A stretch of DNA of 56,425 nt from Lentimicrobiaceae bacterium (GCA_041670625.1 JBAXYX010000001.1:1-56425); one strand, 5' to 3'. Numbered from the stretch's first letter, positions 40,643 to 51,455 are shown. The notes: a model not told the origin generated them from the letters alone. Numbers and translations: made by a program.

Positions 40643-42259
40643 TTACTGTGCAATACTTAATTTCAGGAAGAAGGTTTTCTGTTTCATTACCTCTAAAGCT
40701 TTCATCAACTCATTGTCGATTGGACTGATGATTTCAAAGTAGCTATTAGTATCAAAGAGATTTCTGGCAATCATTCCTTTCAAAATGTATCTGATTTCAT
40801 TACCTGATTTTTCCATCGAACCTTCTTCAGGAGTAACACCTTTTGCTGAGGCGAAATCCAGGAATTGCTTCATAAAAGTTTCATCTGTTTGAAAACCTGC
40901 TTTAAAAGCACTGAAATTTTTAAATTGTTTATTAATCTCAGTCCGGTCTTTTTCCAGGTAATTCAATATAAAATCATTGAATATTCCCTTACGCCACAAA
41001 TCAGTATAAAACTTTGAACTTACCGTAGTATCCATTGGGATAAACACATCAGGCATAATGCCACCTCCACCATACACTACTCTCCTGGCAGGAGTGTAAT
41101 ATTTAAGAGAATCAGGGAATTTAATACTATCTGCTGAAACGAACTCTCCATGTTTAAATCTGTTACTCAAATCAGAATAGTAATCTTCCGAACCTCCTTC
41201 ATAAGGCTTTTGGATACTACGTCCTGAAGGAGTATAGTAACGGGCAGTAGTAAGCCTTATCACAGAACTGTCAGGAAGGTTAAACGGACGTTGTACCAAT
41301 CCCTTTCCAAAGGAGCGTCTGCCCACAACCAATCCACGATCCCAATCCTGAACGGCACCTGCTACAATTTCACTGGCCGAAGCACTTCCCTCATTAACCA
41401 TCACAATTAATTTGCCCACTTCAAAGTCTCCCGCTGCCGTAGCTTTAAACTCCATTCTAGGGCTTCTTACACCTTCTGTGTACACGATTAATTTTTGTGC
41501 CGGTAAAAATTCATCTGCCAGGTCAACTGCAACATCAAGAAAACCTCCTGTGTTATTGCGCAAGTCAAGAATCAAATCCTTCATCCCCTGCTTTTTCAAT
41601 GCCTTGATTGATTCATCAACTTCTTCAATAGAAGTACGGGCAAAACGAGTTAGCTTAATGTAACCAACCTCGTTTGAAAGCATAAAAGTAGCATCAATAC
41701 TGTTTAAGGGAATTTTATCGCGAACAATAGTGTATTCAATCAGAGGCATTTTATTACTCCTCAATATCCCTACCTTCACATGTGTACCCTTTTGACCCCT
41801 AAGATGCTCCATCACAAAGTTGTTGGTTATTTTCTCTCCAAAAGCAGGCTCACCATCTATTGTAATGATCTTATCTCCAGCCAATATTCCAAGTTTATCT
41901 GAAGGTCCTCCCGGCACAGCAGCAATCACCAAAATTGTATCGTGATAGATCTGGAATTGTATTCCAACTCCTTCAAAATTTCCTATCAATGGCTCATTAG
42001 CTTTCTGAACTTCTTTTTTTGATAAGTATATAGAGTGCGGATCTAAATCTTTTAACATAGCCCTTACAGCCGTTTCTGTTAGCTCTGTCTGGTTAGTTGA
42101 ATCAACATAATAATAGTTGATTATTTGCAAAAGTGAAGCAAATTTCTCAACGCTTATGCGTGTTTCATTACGCTGTGCATAAGTGTAACTACTATTAAAA
42201 ATAGCACCAAACAGAAATAAACAAATTACTATTTTATGGATTACTTTGCTTTTAATCAT
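40643..42259 (-). CDS. S41 family C-terminal processing peptidase with PDZ domain
   Basis: LDPHS, DLRNNTGG, SASASEI, RSFGKGLVQ. Confidence 0.93.
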   Translation of the reverse strand: MIKSKVIHKIVICLFLFGAIFNSSYTYAQRNETRISVEKFASLLQIINYYYVDSTNQTELTETAVRAMLKDLDPHSIYLSKKEVQKANEPLIGNFEGVGIQFQIYHDTILVIAAVPGGPSDKLGILAGDKIITIDGEPAFGEKITNNFVMEHLRGQKGTHVKVGILRSNKMPLIEYTIVRDKIPLNSIDATFMLSNEVGYIKLTRFARTSIEEVDESIKALKKQGMKDLILDLRNNTGGFLDVAVDLADEFLPAQKLIVYTEGVRSPRMEFKATAAGDFEVGKLIVMVNEGSASASEIVAGAVQDWDRGLVVGRRSFGKGLVQRPFNLPDSSVIRLTTARYYTPSGRSIQKPYEGGSEDYYSDLSNRFKHGEFVSADSIKFPDSLKYYTPARRVVYGGGGIMPDVFIPMDTTVSSKFYTDLWRKGIFNDFILNYLEKDRTEINKQFKNFSAFKAGFQTDETFMKQFLDFASAKGVTPEEGSMEKSGNEIRYILKGMIARNLFDTNSYFEIISPIDNELMKALEVMKQKTFFLKLSIAQ

Positions 42260-42401
42260 GGTTTAGTTTTTTTCATTTAAGCATAACAAAATTACGCTTT
42301 ATTGCATTGTGATTGTGGTTTTCAATTTAATAAAAAAGGAGCAATTAACAAATATTAGCAGTATTTTTACAAATTATATTGCCTAAGAATATTAGTAACC
42401 T

Positions 42402-43094
42402 ATGGATGAAGACAAACGAAGACTGCTATCAGCAAGTATGATATTTGCCATAATCGTTTTTGTATTATGGATCATAAAGGCAATTGAGATGGCTTTTGAT
42501 CTATCTTTTGCTGAATTTGGAATCTTACCGTTAGAGATTAAAGGTTTAAAAGGCATCTTGTTTGCCCCTCTTATTCATGGTAGTATAGCTCATCTTGCAT
42601 CTAATTCCATTCCGCTCTTTCTTTTAGGTACAGCACTATTCTATTACTATAGACCTAAAGCCCCGGAAATCTTTATATTATCCTGGCTATTAACAGGACT
42701 TTGGGTATGGCTTTTTGCCCGTGGTAATTCTTATCATATTGGTGCCAGTGGCGTAGTTTACGCTTTGGTTTCTTTCCATTTTGTAAGTGGCATTATCAGG
42801 CGCGAGCCCAAACTGATTGCATTCACCCTGCTAGTCACTTTCCTTTATGGAAGTTTTATTTGGGGAATATTCCCCGACTTTTCCATCAAGGAAAGAATCT
42901 CATGGGAATCACACATGATGGGTGCTATAGCCGGTTTAGTATTAGCTTTTGCTTATCGCGATGTAGGCCCTCAAAGGAAAGTCTACGAGTGGCCCGAAGA
43001 TGAGGAAGATAATGAAGATGATGAAGAGAATAATAATGGAGAAAAAGTAGTAATACAAGATATTCCTAAGGATGATAATGTCACAATTGCCTGA
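42402..43094 (+). CDS. rhomboid family intramembrane serine protease
   Basis: HLASN, HIGASG, SWESH..GA; acidic C-terminal tail. Confidence 0.92.
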   Translation: MDEDKRRLLSASMIFAIIVFVLWIIKAIEMAFDLSFAEFGILPLEIKGLKGILFAPLIHGSIAHLASNSIPLFLLGTALFYYYRPKAPEIFILSWLLTGLWVWLFARGNSYHIGASGVVYALVSFHFVSGIIRREPKLIAFTLLVTFLYGSFIWGIFPDFSIKERISWESHMMGAIAGLVLAFAYRDVGPQRKVYEWPEDEEDNEDDEENNNGEKVVIQDIPKDDNVTIA

Positions 43095-43161
43095 TCATTA
43101 TTCACTTACTACATCATCCTAAATTACCTCAATAATTATACGCATACTACATCACCTTAAC

Positions 43162-44088
43162 TTACCGTATGGAAAGATAAGGTTTAAGTCGGCGGTACTT
43201 ATTTTGATTTATAAGAGCAATGGTTTTCAGGTCTTCAACCGATTTAAATCCACCCTGCTGTATTCTTTTATCCATGATAGCCTTAGCCATGTAATAATCA
43301 ATATAGGGATGCAACCTCAATTCTCCCAATGTTGCCGTATTAATGTTAATCACTGAAACCAGCGAGGTATCAACAATAACCTGATCCATAATAGATGAAA
43401 ATCGTGTACTATCCATCCCATAAACTTCTGCTAATTGAGCAATACCAGAGTACCCTCCAAGTTTGTCCCTATATTTGATAATTCTCCGGGCAAAAGTAGG
43501 TCCAATTCCTCTAATTTTCAGCAGTTCTATTGAATCTGCACTGTTAATCTCCACCTTGTAGACATTACTGCCGGTGTATTTAGATAGGTCAGATTTGTTC
43601 ACTACTGCATCAAAACGTTTATCCACTATTCTGTCCTTTTCATCAATCGTAATATAGGGCTCAAATATCCTATATACTTCATCATCAATGATAAAGAGTT
43701 TCTTAAAGTCTTCTTTCTTTGTAAAATGACCACCCTTGCTTCTGTATTTTATAATCACATCAGCCTGCTTCGGTGAAAATCCCATTTTGACCCATCCGTC
43801 CTTATCGAGCCTGTTTGGATTAAATACTACAGGATTAAAGCGAGACACTTTCCTACCAGATGATTTGTCTTCCTGCCATTTGTTTTCATAAGATTCATTC
43901 ACGCGGTCATCTTTTAAAAACTTTTCAATCTCAATCTTATAAAGCTCTGAAGAGACTTCTTCCGGTTTCTTATCAGCTACAAAAAAACGTGGAATAAATA
44001 ATACTATAATAATCAGTGAAAGAAGGATTAATATTCCATTTCGTTCAGATTTAGTGAAACTTAAATAATCCTTTATGTGTTGTTTCAA
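43162..44088 (-). CDS. ComEA-like helix-hairpin-helix DNA-binding membrane protein
   Basis: N-terminal TM; three HhH modules (FNPN, EINSAD..GIG..A.RI, ININTA). Confidence 0.85.
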   Translation of the reverse strand: MKQHIKDYLSFTKSERNGILILLSLIIIVLFIPRFFVADKKPEEVSSELYKIEIEKFLKDDRVNESYENKWQEDKSSGRKVSRFNPVVFNPNRLDKDGWVKMGFSPKQADVIIKYRSKGGHFTKKEDFKKLFIIDDEVYRIFEPYITIDEKDRIVDKRFDAVVNKSDLSKYTGSNVYKVEINSADSIELLKIRGIGPTFARRIIKYRDKLGGYSGIAQLAEVYGMDSTRFSSIMDQVIVDTSLVSVININTATLGELRLHPYIDYYMAKAIMDKRIQQGGFKSVEDLKTIALINQNKYRRLKPYLSIR

Positions 44089-44225
44089 GGTTGGTTGTTT
44101 AGTTGGTTTTCCGTTTCTTCATCATCTTTAGGCTTTATAGTCAGTACTTTCCAAAAGAACCAGCCTGTAAGAATGGTCGCAATAGATTCAACCGTAACCA
44201 TTAAAATCAAAGCGCTTGTGTTCAT
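44085..44225 (-). CDS. 46-aa single-TM protein, possible small subunit of the NSS transporter
   Basis: MNTSALILMVTVESIATILTGWFFWKVLTIKPKDDEETENQLNNQP*. Start overlaps the transporter stop (ATGA); stop overlaps the TTG start of the next gene. Confidence 0.7.
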   Translation of the reverse strand: MNTSALILMVTVESIATILTGWFFWKVLTIKPKDDEETENQLNNQP

Positions 44226-46057
44226 TTTTCTACCTCCTTTCTGTTTTTGCGTTTAAAAGCAAAGTGTACCATAAAGCTAATCGACAGGAACAGGGTACAG
44301 AGTAACAAACGTGCCATGTCAAGATAAAACACCTTATTGATAATATTTCCTGTATACAGCGTTTGACCGACTGATACCTTTTGTCTAAAGTTCACTTTTA
44401 AACGGTGTTTTTCAGGGTTAAACGAGTAAACCTTTGACTGATCATTTCCTTTAGCAGTTTGCCCACTGATTATTAAATAAGATTTGTTTTTAAATGTGTA
44501 AACCGAATCCACCATACCGCTATTCTCAGCGTAGAAGTCCTCAGCAAAATATGTATTATTCGGACCAATACCCATATGCTGAAGTTGACCAATAATGCTT
44601 TCATTATGCAATTGCCAACCTCTTAAACTTATTAAACTCCAGTCATCATTTACAGGCCTTACCAAAGCACCCATGAAAACAATAATCAAAGCAAAGGGGG
44701 TAATAAACTTAATTATAAACTTATAAACAACCGGAATTTTAATATCAGCTCCAATATTAATCTCTCTCCAACCTTTTTTCATACCAAATATCCATGAGAA
44801 CAGAATGGATTCCAAGAGAGCAAATACCACCAATGATACCGTCCCTGCCCAGTAGTCATATTCATCAAAAACCCCCTGGTTAAAGAATAGTATAGTAGGT
44901 AAGCCCATTATCATTACTATGATTCCGAATGCTAAGGCGGCATTCTTTCTCTTCCAGTTAAATTCATCTCTCAGGAAGCTGAGCACAGGTGTCCCCATTG
45001 CCAGTGATGAAGTAATCCCTGCAAAGAACAATAAACCAAAGAAAGCCACTCCGGCAATAGCTGAAAGCACATTACCCCATTGTTCAAACAGGAACGGCAT
45101 AGTCCTGAATCCAAGTCCCAAGCCACCCAGATTAGTAAGTTCTACTACCTTATCAATACCAAGATACCCTATTGCAATAGGAATAATTATAGAACTACCC
45201 AGTACAATTTCAACAAATTCATTCATCCATCCTGCTGACATTGCATTAAGCGCTATATCCTGATTTTTTTTAACAAATGATGCATAACACTGAATGGAAC
45301 CCATTCCCACCGACAGCGTAAAAAATATCTGTCCTGCAGCCGCCAACCATACTTTAGGATTCGAAAGTGAAGTGAAATCAGGGGTCCAAAGAAAATTCAG
45401 CCCTACAGTACCACTATTAACAACTCCTTCATGACCAGCTTTAAGGGTAACTCCTTTTATTGCCAGAAACAATCCGAACACAATCAGCAGCGGGACCCCT
45501 ATCTTAGCAACTCTCTCGACGCCGTCAGTAAGTCCTTTGCTTAAAATGTAGGTATTTAGAGCCAGACATAACAGGAAAATAACCAATCCCTCATAAGGTA
45601 TACCTGTAGTTGAAGTTGTAACATCCAAATAATCGCTAAAAAAAGCAGCTACCTGCGTTTGGTCCATTGAATTGAATGTACCAATAACTGAATGATAGAT
45701 ATATGAAATAGTCCAGCTTTCAATATAGCAATAGTAAGCAGCAATAGCGATATTTGAAAAAATTCCAAACACACCAACATACCTCCATATTTTCCTCTTA
45801 TCCATACTGTTAAGGATAAATGGAGTGGAATGATGTCCTAAGGAACCTCCATACCTCCCTGAAGCCCATTCAATAAACAAGAGCGGAATTCCCATTAACA
45901 GGAAAGAAACGATGTATGGAATAATAAAGGCTCCTCCTCCATTTTGTACTGCTTGTACAGGGAATCTGAGAAAGTTACCGAAACCTACCGCATTACCTGC
46001 CATAGCTAACACCAAACCTACCCTTGAACCCCAGCTATCATTGTTGACTGCCATCAC
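44222..46057 (-). CDS. sodium-dependent transporter, NSS/SNF (LeuT-like) family
   Basis: AGNAVGFGNFLRFP, GGGAFIIPY, AAGQIFFTLSVG, AGITSS. Confidence 0.93.
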   Translation of the reverse strand: MMAVNNDSWGSRVGLVLAMAGNAVGFGNFLRFPVQAVQNGGGAFIIPYIVSFLLMGIPLLFIEWASGRYGGSLGHHSTPFILNSMDKRKIWRYVGVFGIFSNIAIAAYYCYIESWTISYIYHSVIGTFNSMDQTQVAAFFSDYLDVTTSTTGIPYEGLVIFLLCLALNTYILSKGLTDGVERVAKIGVPLLIVFGLFLAIKGVTLKAGHEGVVNSGTVGLNFLWTPDFTSLSNPKVWLAAAGQIFFTLSVGMGSIQCYASFVKKNQDIALNAMSAGWMNEFVEIVLGSSIIIPIAIGYLGIDKVVELTNLGGLGLGFRTMPFLFEQWGNVLSAIAGVAFFGLLFFAGITSSLAMGTPVLSFLRDEFNWKRKNAALAFGIIVMIMGLPTILFFNQGVFDEYDYWAGTVSLVVFALLESILFSWIFGMKKGWREINIGADIKIPVVYKFIIKFITPFALIIVFMGALVRPVNDDWSLISLRGWQLHNESIIGQLQHMGIGPNNTYFAEDFYAENSGMVDSVYTFKNKSYLIISGQTAKGNDQSKVYSFNPEKHRLKVNFRQKVSVGQTLYTGNIINKVFYLDMARLLLCTLFLSISFMVHFAFKRKNRKEVEK

Positions 46058-46251
46058 TAAAATTTTATAAACCCGTGAAATCTGAATCAGTATTTGAAGC
46101 TTTGTGCAATATTAAAAAAGATTCTTTACATATTCATACTAATGTACATAATTATTAAGGAAGCACATAAAAAACATCGACTGTTACCTCAACACAAAGG
46201 ATGAAAGACAATTCATAGTAAATGTAATCAGGTGGTTTGAATGTCAGTTCC

Positions 46252-47538
46252 TTATAAAAATTCATGCTCAGTGAAAGCAGGATTTTTAATAAGAATATTC
46301 CCTATCCTGCAACTCAGGCATTTGCGTTTATCACAATAGGAGGTTTTCAATTCCATCAACGCTTGAGTATGGTAAGCAGTGGATACATCCAAACCAGCAG
46401 TTTGCCACTCCCTGATCACAAAGTTCTTCTCCCCGGGTAATTTTTCAAAAAGGCTTAATGTTTTATTGCAAAGGGTGTCATTTGACATGAAAGTACCATA
46501 TACAAACCTAAAAGGCAATATGGCGTTCATAATGACTAGTTGGATAGCTGAAACACCGGTATGTTTCTCTTCACCGGTCGATTCTTTATCAAATACATAG
46601 TGATCATCCCAATATGCAGAAGCTTTTACCTTAAAAATTTCCATCATTTCATCTATTGTATCCATTGACAACACCCGAGCCAACAACCCGGCGTTCTTAC
46701 AAATAAATGCAGCAAATTGTGATAACCTGATGGTAGGGAAGTTTACCGGTCTTAATCGCAAAAAGCGCCACAATGAAGCAGGTATTGGCACTAACTGATA
46801 TTTCTTTCGCAGGAAGCAATATTCATTAAAAAGTGCTTGTCCCCATGGATCCACCAAGTCCTGGGTCAGCATTCCTGCCTGCCCGAATATTAACGCTTCC
46901 ACCTGCATAGGATTATCAGCATGGTGCGCCAATATCCTAAAAGGTAATGACCGGGCCAGCATTTCAAATGGCAATGCATTAATGCTAAAGCCAAAACTCC
47001 GTGCAATAATCTGATACAATGCATCCTCCCAATCGTCGGTTGAACCGTTCAGAGCATCCTGAATAAAGTCGGCCCTGTGTTCAAGCTTTTCAATGAGCAT
47101 TCGTTCAAGCCACAAGACTAGTTCTGATTCAGGTACATCCCTGATCATATTAATACAGGGCACAAAACGTTTGCTTGTAATGAATTGTTTATATGCTTCA
47201 AAGAGATTCAGGTCAATCATATTGGCAAGCTCGCAAATGGGCATTCGAGGAAATTTATTCTTTGCATCATGGTTAAATACCACATGCAGCACAACATTCT
47301 GATAAGCTTCATCATGATCATGCCCGTGTTTGAACCAATCAGATGAATTGACATGAATTTCCACATTACCCGCCCACAGGGTATTATCAATACGAAGCCT
47401 TGCATCAGAAAAGTCAGGGCCGGCATTAAAGTTATGATAACCAGTGTTTAGCACCTGAATGTCTTCGCCCCGGATAGTGGTAATCGGTTTAGTAAACAAT
47501 CTGTTTTGCCATAGGTAATGCAAAAAGTCTTCTGTCAT
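46252..47538 (-). CDS. DUF2851 family protein
   Basis: EDFLHYLW, GPDF, GNVEIH, RLRPVNFPTIRL, C-terminal C...CLSCRIG. Confidence 0.88.
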   Translation of the reverse strand: MTEDFLHYLWQNRLFTKPITTIRGEDIQVLNTGYHNFNAGPDFSDARLRIDNTLWAGNVEIHVNSSDWFKHGHDHDEAYQNVVLHVVFNHDAKNKFPRMPICELANMIDLNLFEAYKQFITSKRFVPCINMIRDVPESELVLWLERMLIEKLEHRADFIQDALNGSTDDWEDALYQIIARSFGFSINALPFEMLARSLPFRILAHHADNPMQVEALIFGQAGMLTQDLVDPWGQALFNEYCFLRKKYQLVPIPASLWRFLRLRPVNFPTIRLSQFAAFICKNAGLLARVLSMDTIDEMMEIFKVKASAYWDDHYVFDKESTGEEKHTGVSAIQLVIMNAILPFRFVYGTFMSNDTLCNKTLSLFEKLPGEKNFVIREWQTAGLDVSTAYHTQALMELKTSYCDKRKCLSCRIGNILIKNPAFTEHEFL

Positions 47539-47649
47539 GGTTTTAAACTTTATTAAAATTATGAATTATGTGCAAACAAGCGAAAAATTGACTATATTTG
47601 AAGTAGGAAAAGTACGGATAATTGAGGTGGCAATTTGCCAACTTTAATA

Positions 47650-47657
47650 TATCTTTG
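47650..47657 (+). promoter_or_regulatory. -7 element TATCTTTG for the zapA operon
   Basis: TAnnTTTG match 19 nt upstream of the ATG at 47677. Confidence 0.55.
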
Positions 47658-47676
47658 CAGCTCAACTAATGTTTTC

Positions 47677-47964
47677 ATGAAAAGTGCAAGTACTTTAATT
47701 GCAGGTATTGAATACAAGATTCGAAATTTAATAGAAAGAATCGAAAAACTTGAAAATGAGAATTTAAAATTGAACAATAAAATTGAAGAATTGAATACGA
47801 TGATCAAAGATCAGAAAAATCTGATTAATGAGCACCAGGAAAGAATAAAAATACTTAAATTAGCAAAATCCTTGAACAAGGAAGAAAGCAAGACAGAAGT
47901 TAAATTAAAGATTAATGAACTTTTGCGGGAAATTGACAATTGTGTAAGACTTTTAAATAAATAA
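47677..47964 (+). CDS. coiled-coil protein upstream of zapA (ZapB-like position)
   Basis: Heptad repeats; C-terminus KLKINELLREIDNCVRLL. Confidence 0.8.
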   Translation: MKSASTLIAGIEYKIRNLIERIEKLENENLKLNNKIEELNTMIKDQKNLINEHQERIKILKLAKSLNKEESKTEVKLKINELLREIDNCVRLLNK

Positions 47965-47979
47965 ACTGTTAAACAAATA

Positions 47980-48267
47980 ATGGATGAACTCTCAATAACA
48001 GTTGTAATTGCTGATCGGCCATATAAACTTAAAGTTGATCGCAATGAAGAAGAAGGGCTTAGAAAAGCCGCAAAGGTTATTGAGGAACAAATGGAAAAAT
48101 ATGCGACCTACTTTCAATTTAAAGATAAACAAGATTTGCTCGCTATGGTAGCATTACAGTTTTCAGCCAGCACTATTGACCTTGAAGAACAAGTAAAATA
48201 CAGGGACAACGAAATGCTGGAAAAATTGACAGATATTGATGAAGTGTTAACAGCACATTTAGATTAA
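47980..48267 (+). CDS. zapA: cell division protein ZapA
   Basis: IADRPYKL...EEEGLRKAAK...DKQDLLAMVAL. Confidence 0.9.
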   Translation: MDELSITVVIADRPYKLKVDRNEEEGLRKAAKVIEEQMEKYATYFQFKDKQDLLAMVALQFSASTIDLEEQVKYRDNEMLEKLTDIDEVLTAHLD

Positions 48268-48304
48268 AAAGATCAGACATTAGTTCTTTGAAAAGCATTA
48301 AAGT

Positions 48305-48500
48305 ATCCCGCATCAGATCGACAAAGTTTGTAAACTCAACATTTTCAACTTTGGAGCAACGCTCAGCTTTTGGATGACAAACAGGCCTTAATCCGGCTTC
48401 GGCCGGTCTCTCTTTGTTGAGAGCATCGGAAGTTTAACCTCCCTGGCAGCTCCAATCATGTAGTTTTGGGGTTTACCAAAACACTAGATCTATGCGGGTT
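48305..48500 (+). ncRNA. ssrS: probable 6S RNA
   Basis: Lies between zapA and rny. Ends pair (cccgcatcagatc 48307 with gatctatgcggg to 48498; taaactcaa with ttggggttta) into a long rod of about 190 nt followed by a T run. Confidence 0.7.
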
Positions 48501-48553
48501 TTTTTTTGTCTTTCTTTCTCCAATTAATATATCATAAACTAACTAATTAACCA

Positions 48554-50098
48554 ATGGAGACAGTAATAATAAGTATCGTAGCAGTCGCAATCGGACTCAT
48601 TGTCGGCATAACGATAACTAGTACTTTTCTACGGAAAGCCATAGAAAAGAAGAGTGAGAATATCCTCAAAGATGCCGAAGAAAAAGGCGAAATGATCAAG
48701 AAGGATAAAATCCTTCAAGCCAAGGAGAAGTTCCTTCAAATGAAATCAGATTACGAAAATGCATACCAGGAAAAAAACAAAGAAATACTTAAAAACGAGA
48801 ATAGGTTAAAACAAAAAGAAGCAACAATCTCACAGAAATTTGAAGAAATTCAACGTAAACAAAAAGAGGTAACTACCATTAAGGATGGCCTTACTGCACA
48901 ACTTGAAATCTTTAATAAGAAACAACTGGATCTTGATAAAGCTATCAAGCAGCAAGTTGATCAACTGGAGGCCATTTCAGGTATGTCAGCCCAAGAAGCA
49001 AGGACACAGTTAATTGAAACCTTAAAGGATGACGCAAAAGCTGATGCTCTGGTTCACATAAAAGATATCGTTGAAGAGGCTAAATTAACAGCCAATACCG
49101 AAGCCAGAAAAATAGTTATTGAAACTATCCAACGTACGGCTGCTGAACATGCTATTGAAAACAGCGTTTCGGTATTTAATATTGAAAGTGAAGAAATCAA
49201 AGGTCGTATCATTGGTCGTGAAGGCAGAAACATCAGAACACTCGAATCATTAACCGGTGTTGAAATTATTATAGATGATTCTCCTGAAGCAATTATTCTT
49301 TCAGGATTTGATCCGGTACGCCGTGAAATTGCGCGTTTGTCACTTCATAAACTGGTTACTGACGGCCGCATCCACCCTGCTCGTATTGAAGAAGTGGTTG
49401 GTAAAGTCAGAAAACAGATTGAACAGGAAATCATTGAAACAGGTAAACGCACTACCATTGACCTTGGAATCCATGGTTTGCATCCCGAATTGATCAGGAT
49501 GATCGGTAAAATGAAATACCGTTCTTCATATGGTCAAAACCTGCTGCAGCACTCCAAGGAAGTAGCCAACCTGTGCGCCACTATGGCTGCCGAACTTGGT
49601 TTGAGCCCTAAAAAAGCCAAACGTGCTGGGTTACTGCATGATATAGGTAAAGTGCCTGATAACGAGCCCGAATTGCCACATGCTATTCTTGGTATGAAGA
49701 TTGCCGAACGCTATAAAGAACCTGCTGATATTTGCAATGCAATTGGCGCTCACCATGATGAAATTGAAATGGAAAGCCTGATTGCACCCATCGTACAAAC
49801 TTGTGATGCTATTTCAGGAGCTCGCCCGGGTGCCCGCCGTGAAGTGGTTGAAGCTTATATTCAACGACTGAACCATCTTGAAGAATTGGCACTCTCCTAC
49901 CCCGGTGTTGTTAAAACCTATGCTATTCAAGCAGGTAGGGAACTCAGGGTTATCGTAGGTGCTGATAAAGTATCAGATGATGACGCTAACAAGATTTCAT
50001 ACGACCTCTCACGTAAAATCCAAGATGAAATGACTTATCCGGGACAAATTAAAATAACGGTCATCAGGGAAACCAGGGCCATTAGTTTTGCCAAGTAA
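48554..50098 (+). CDS. rny: ribonuclease Y
   Basis: N-terminal TM, coiled coil, KH motif [15 protein letters not shown] motif LLHDIGK. Confidence 0.97.
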   Translation: METVIISIVAVAIGLIVGITITSTFLRKAIEKKSENILKDAEEKGEMIKKDKILQAKEKFLQMKSDYENAYQEKNKEILKNENRLKQKEATISQKFEEIQRKQKEVTTIKDGLTAQLEIFNKKQLDLDKAIKQQVDQLEAISGMSAQEARTQLIETLKDDAKADALVHIKDIVEEAKLTANTEARKIVIETIQRTAAEHAIENSVSVFNIESEEIKGRIIGREGRNIRTLESLTGVEIIIDDSPEAIILSGFDPVRREIARLSLHKLVTDGRIHPARIEEVVGKVRKQIEQEIIETGKRTTIDLGIHGLHPELIRMIGKMKYRSSYGQNLLQHSKEVANLCATMAAELGLSPKKAKRAGLLHDIGKVPDNEPELPHAILGMKIAERYKEPADICNAIGAHHDEIEMESLIAPIVQTCDAISGARPGARREVVEAYIQRLNHLEELALSYPGVVKTYAIQAGRELRVIVGADKVSDDDANKISYDLSRKIQDEMTYPGQIKITVIRETRAISFAK

Positions 50099-50131
50099 GA
50101 GACCAAATTTAATATACCGTATCTTTAGAAT

Positions 50132-50163
50132 AAGAGAGCACTTTGATAACAGAGTGCTCTCTT
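50132..50163. terminator. hairpin between convergent genes (probably a bidirectional terminator)
   Basis: aagagagcactttg-ataa-cagagtgctctctt. Confidence 0.75.
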
Positions 50164-50202
50164 TATTATGAGTTAACGTTACTATGGGGAAACTTCTATT
50201 CC

Positions 50203-50481
50203 TTAAAGAGTAATGATATCATCTATGATGGCCACTCTCCTGTATCGATCAATTACTTCCGCTGGATCCATCATCAATTCCCTTACTGTTACCGATAAAT
50301 AATTTCCTTTTGATGAATGACGCGTTGTGAACTTTGATTCATCACTGAAAACATTCCTAAGTATAGCATAGTTCCTGCTATTATCAACTATAATAAACTT
50401 AAACATGTATACTTGTGGCCAGGGACCATTACTTACTAATTGTGATTCAAGATGGCTAAGGAATTCTTCATTAATGGTCAT
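50203..50481 (-). CDS. DUF493 (YbeD-like) family protein
   Basis: WPQVYMFKFI, SSKGNYLSVT. Confidence 0.85.
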   Translation of the reverse strand: MTINEEFLSHLESQLVSNGPWPQVYMFKFIIVDNSRNYAILRNVFSDESKFTTRHSSKGNYLSVTVRELMMDPAEVIDRYRRVAIIDDIITL

Positions 50482-50528
50482 CAGTATAAAATAAAAGTAT
50501 TGAGTCACTAAGGTAATAAACAAAAAAC

Positions 50529-51455
50529 TTACATCATCTTCATCCTCTTAAGCAGGAAAGGTAGTAATACTTGCTTAATGCCAAGGTTTATATCAGCTTC
50601 AACAAATTCAATATGATATTGTGCACACCGATGCATCAATTCACTTTTAAAATTTGAAACCCTCTTAACATATTCATCTCTGATTTCATGTGGCCGTACT
50701 TTTATCTCCTCTCCTGATTCCAAGTCAATGAACTTATAAGGCTTATTATCGAATGAAAAATCAATTTCTGCACTTTGGTCTGTTACATGAAAAAGAATTA
50801 CCTCATGCTTATTATGCTTCAGATGCTGCAATGCGGAGAATAAATCTTCATCAATCGCATGATCAAACATATCGCTAAAAATAATTACCAGTGAACGCTT
50901 ATGAATATTATCAGCTACCTGATGCAGCGCTTTTGCTGCCAAAGTAGAATTGCCTGTCTTTTCAGCACCTTTTTCAATAAGTTCATTTAACCTGCTGAAA
51001 AGGAACTTACGATGTACCAGATTTGAGTGTGCCTCTGTATGTAATTTAACCTCATCGGTAAAAATGGTCAATCCTGAAGCGTCTCGTTGACGGTGAAGCA
51101 ATTGAATGATAGCAGCAGCAGCATATACTGAAAAAGTCATCTTATCAGGATGCTCTAGAGACGGTTTGTCAATCATTGGGAAATACATGGATGATGACCC
51201 GTCTATAACAATCTGGCACCTTAAATTAGTCTCTTCTTCAAACCGCTTAACATACAAACGGTCAGTACGACCAAATAGCTTCCAATCAATATGTTTTATT
51301 GATTCACCCTGATTATACAGCCTGTGCTCGGCAAATTCAACTGAAAAGCCATGGAAAGGACTCTTGTGCATACCTGTAATAAATCCTTCAACCACCTGAT
51401 GTGCAATCAGTTCAAGTGGCAGTAATTCATCAAACCTGGCTTGTTCAATAGGCAT
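50529..51455 (-). CDS. DUF58 family protein
   Basis: GMHKSPFHGFSVEFAEHRLY, IDWK, DGSSSM, IFSD. Confidence 0.9.
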   Translation of the reverse strand: MPIEQARFDELLPLELIAHQVVEGFITGMHKSPFHGFSVEFAEHRLYNQGESIKHIDWKLFGRTDRLYVKRFEEETNLRCQIVIDGSSSMYFPMIDKPSLEHPDKMTFSVYAAAAIIQLLHRQRDASGLTIFTDEVKLHTEAHSNLVHRKFLFSRLNELIEKGAEKTGNSTLAAKALHQVADNIHKRSLVIIFSDMFDHAIDEDLFSALQHLKHNKHEVILFHVTDQSAEIDFSFDNKPYKFIDLESGEEIKVRPHEIRDEYVKRVSNFKSELMHRCAQYHIEFVEADINLGIKQVLLPFLLKRMKMM

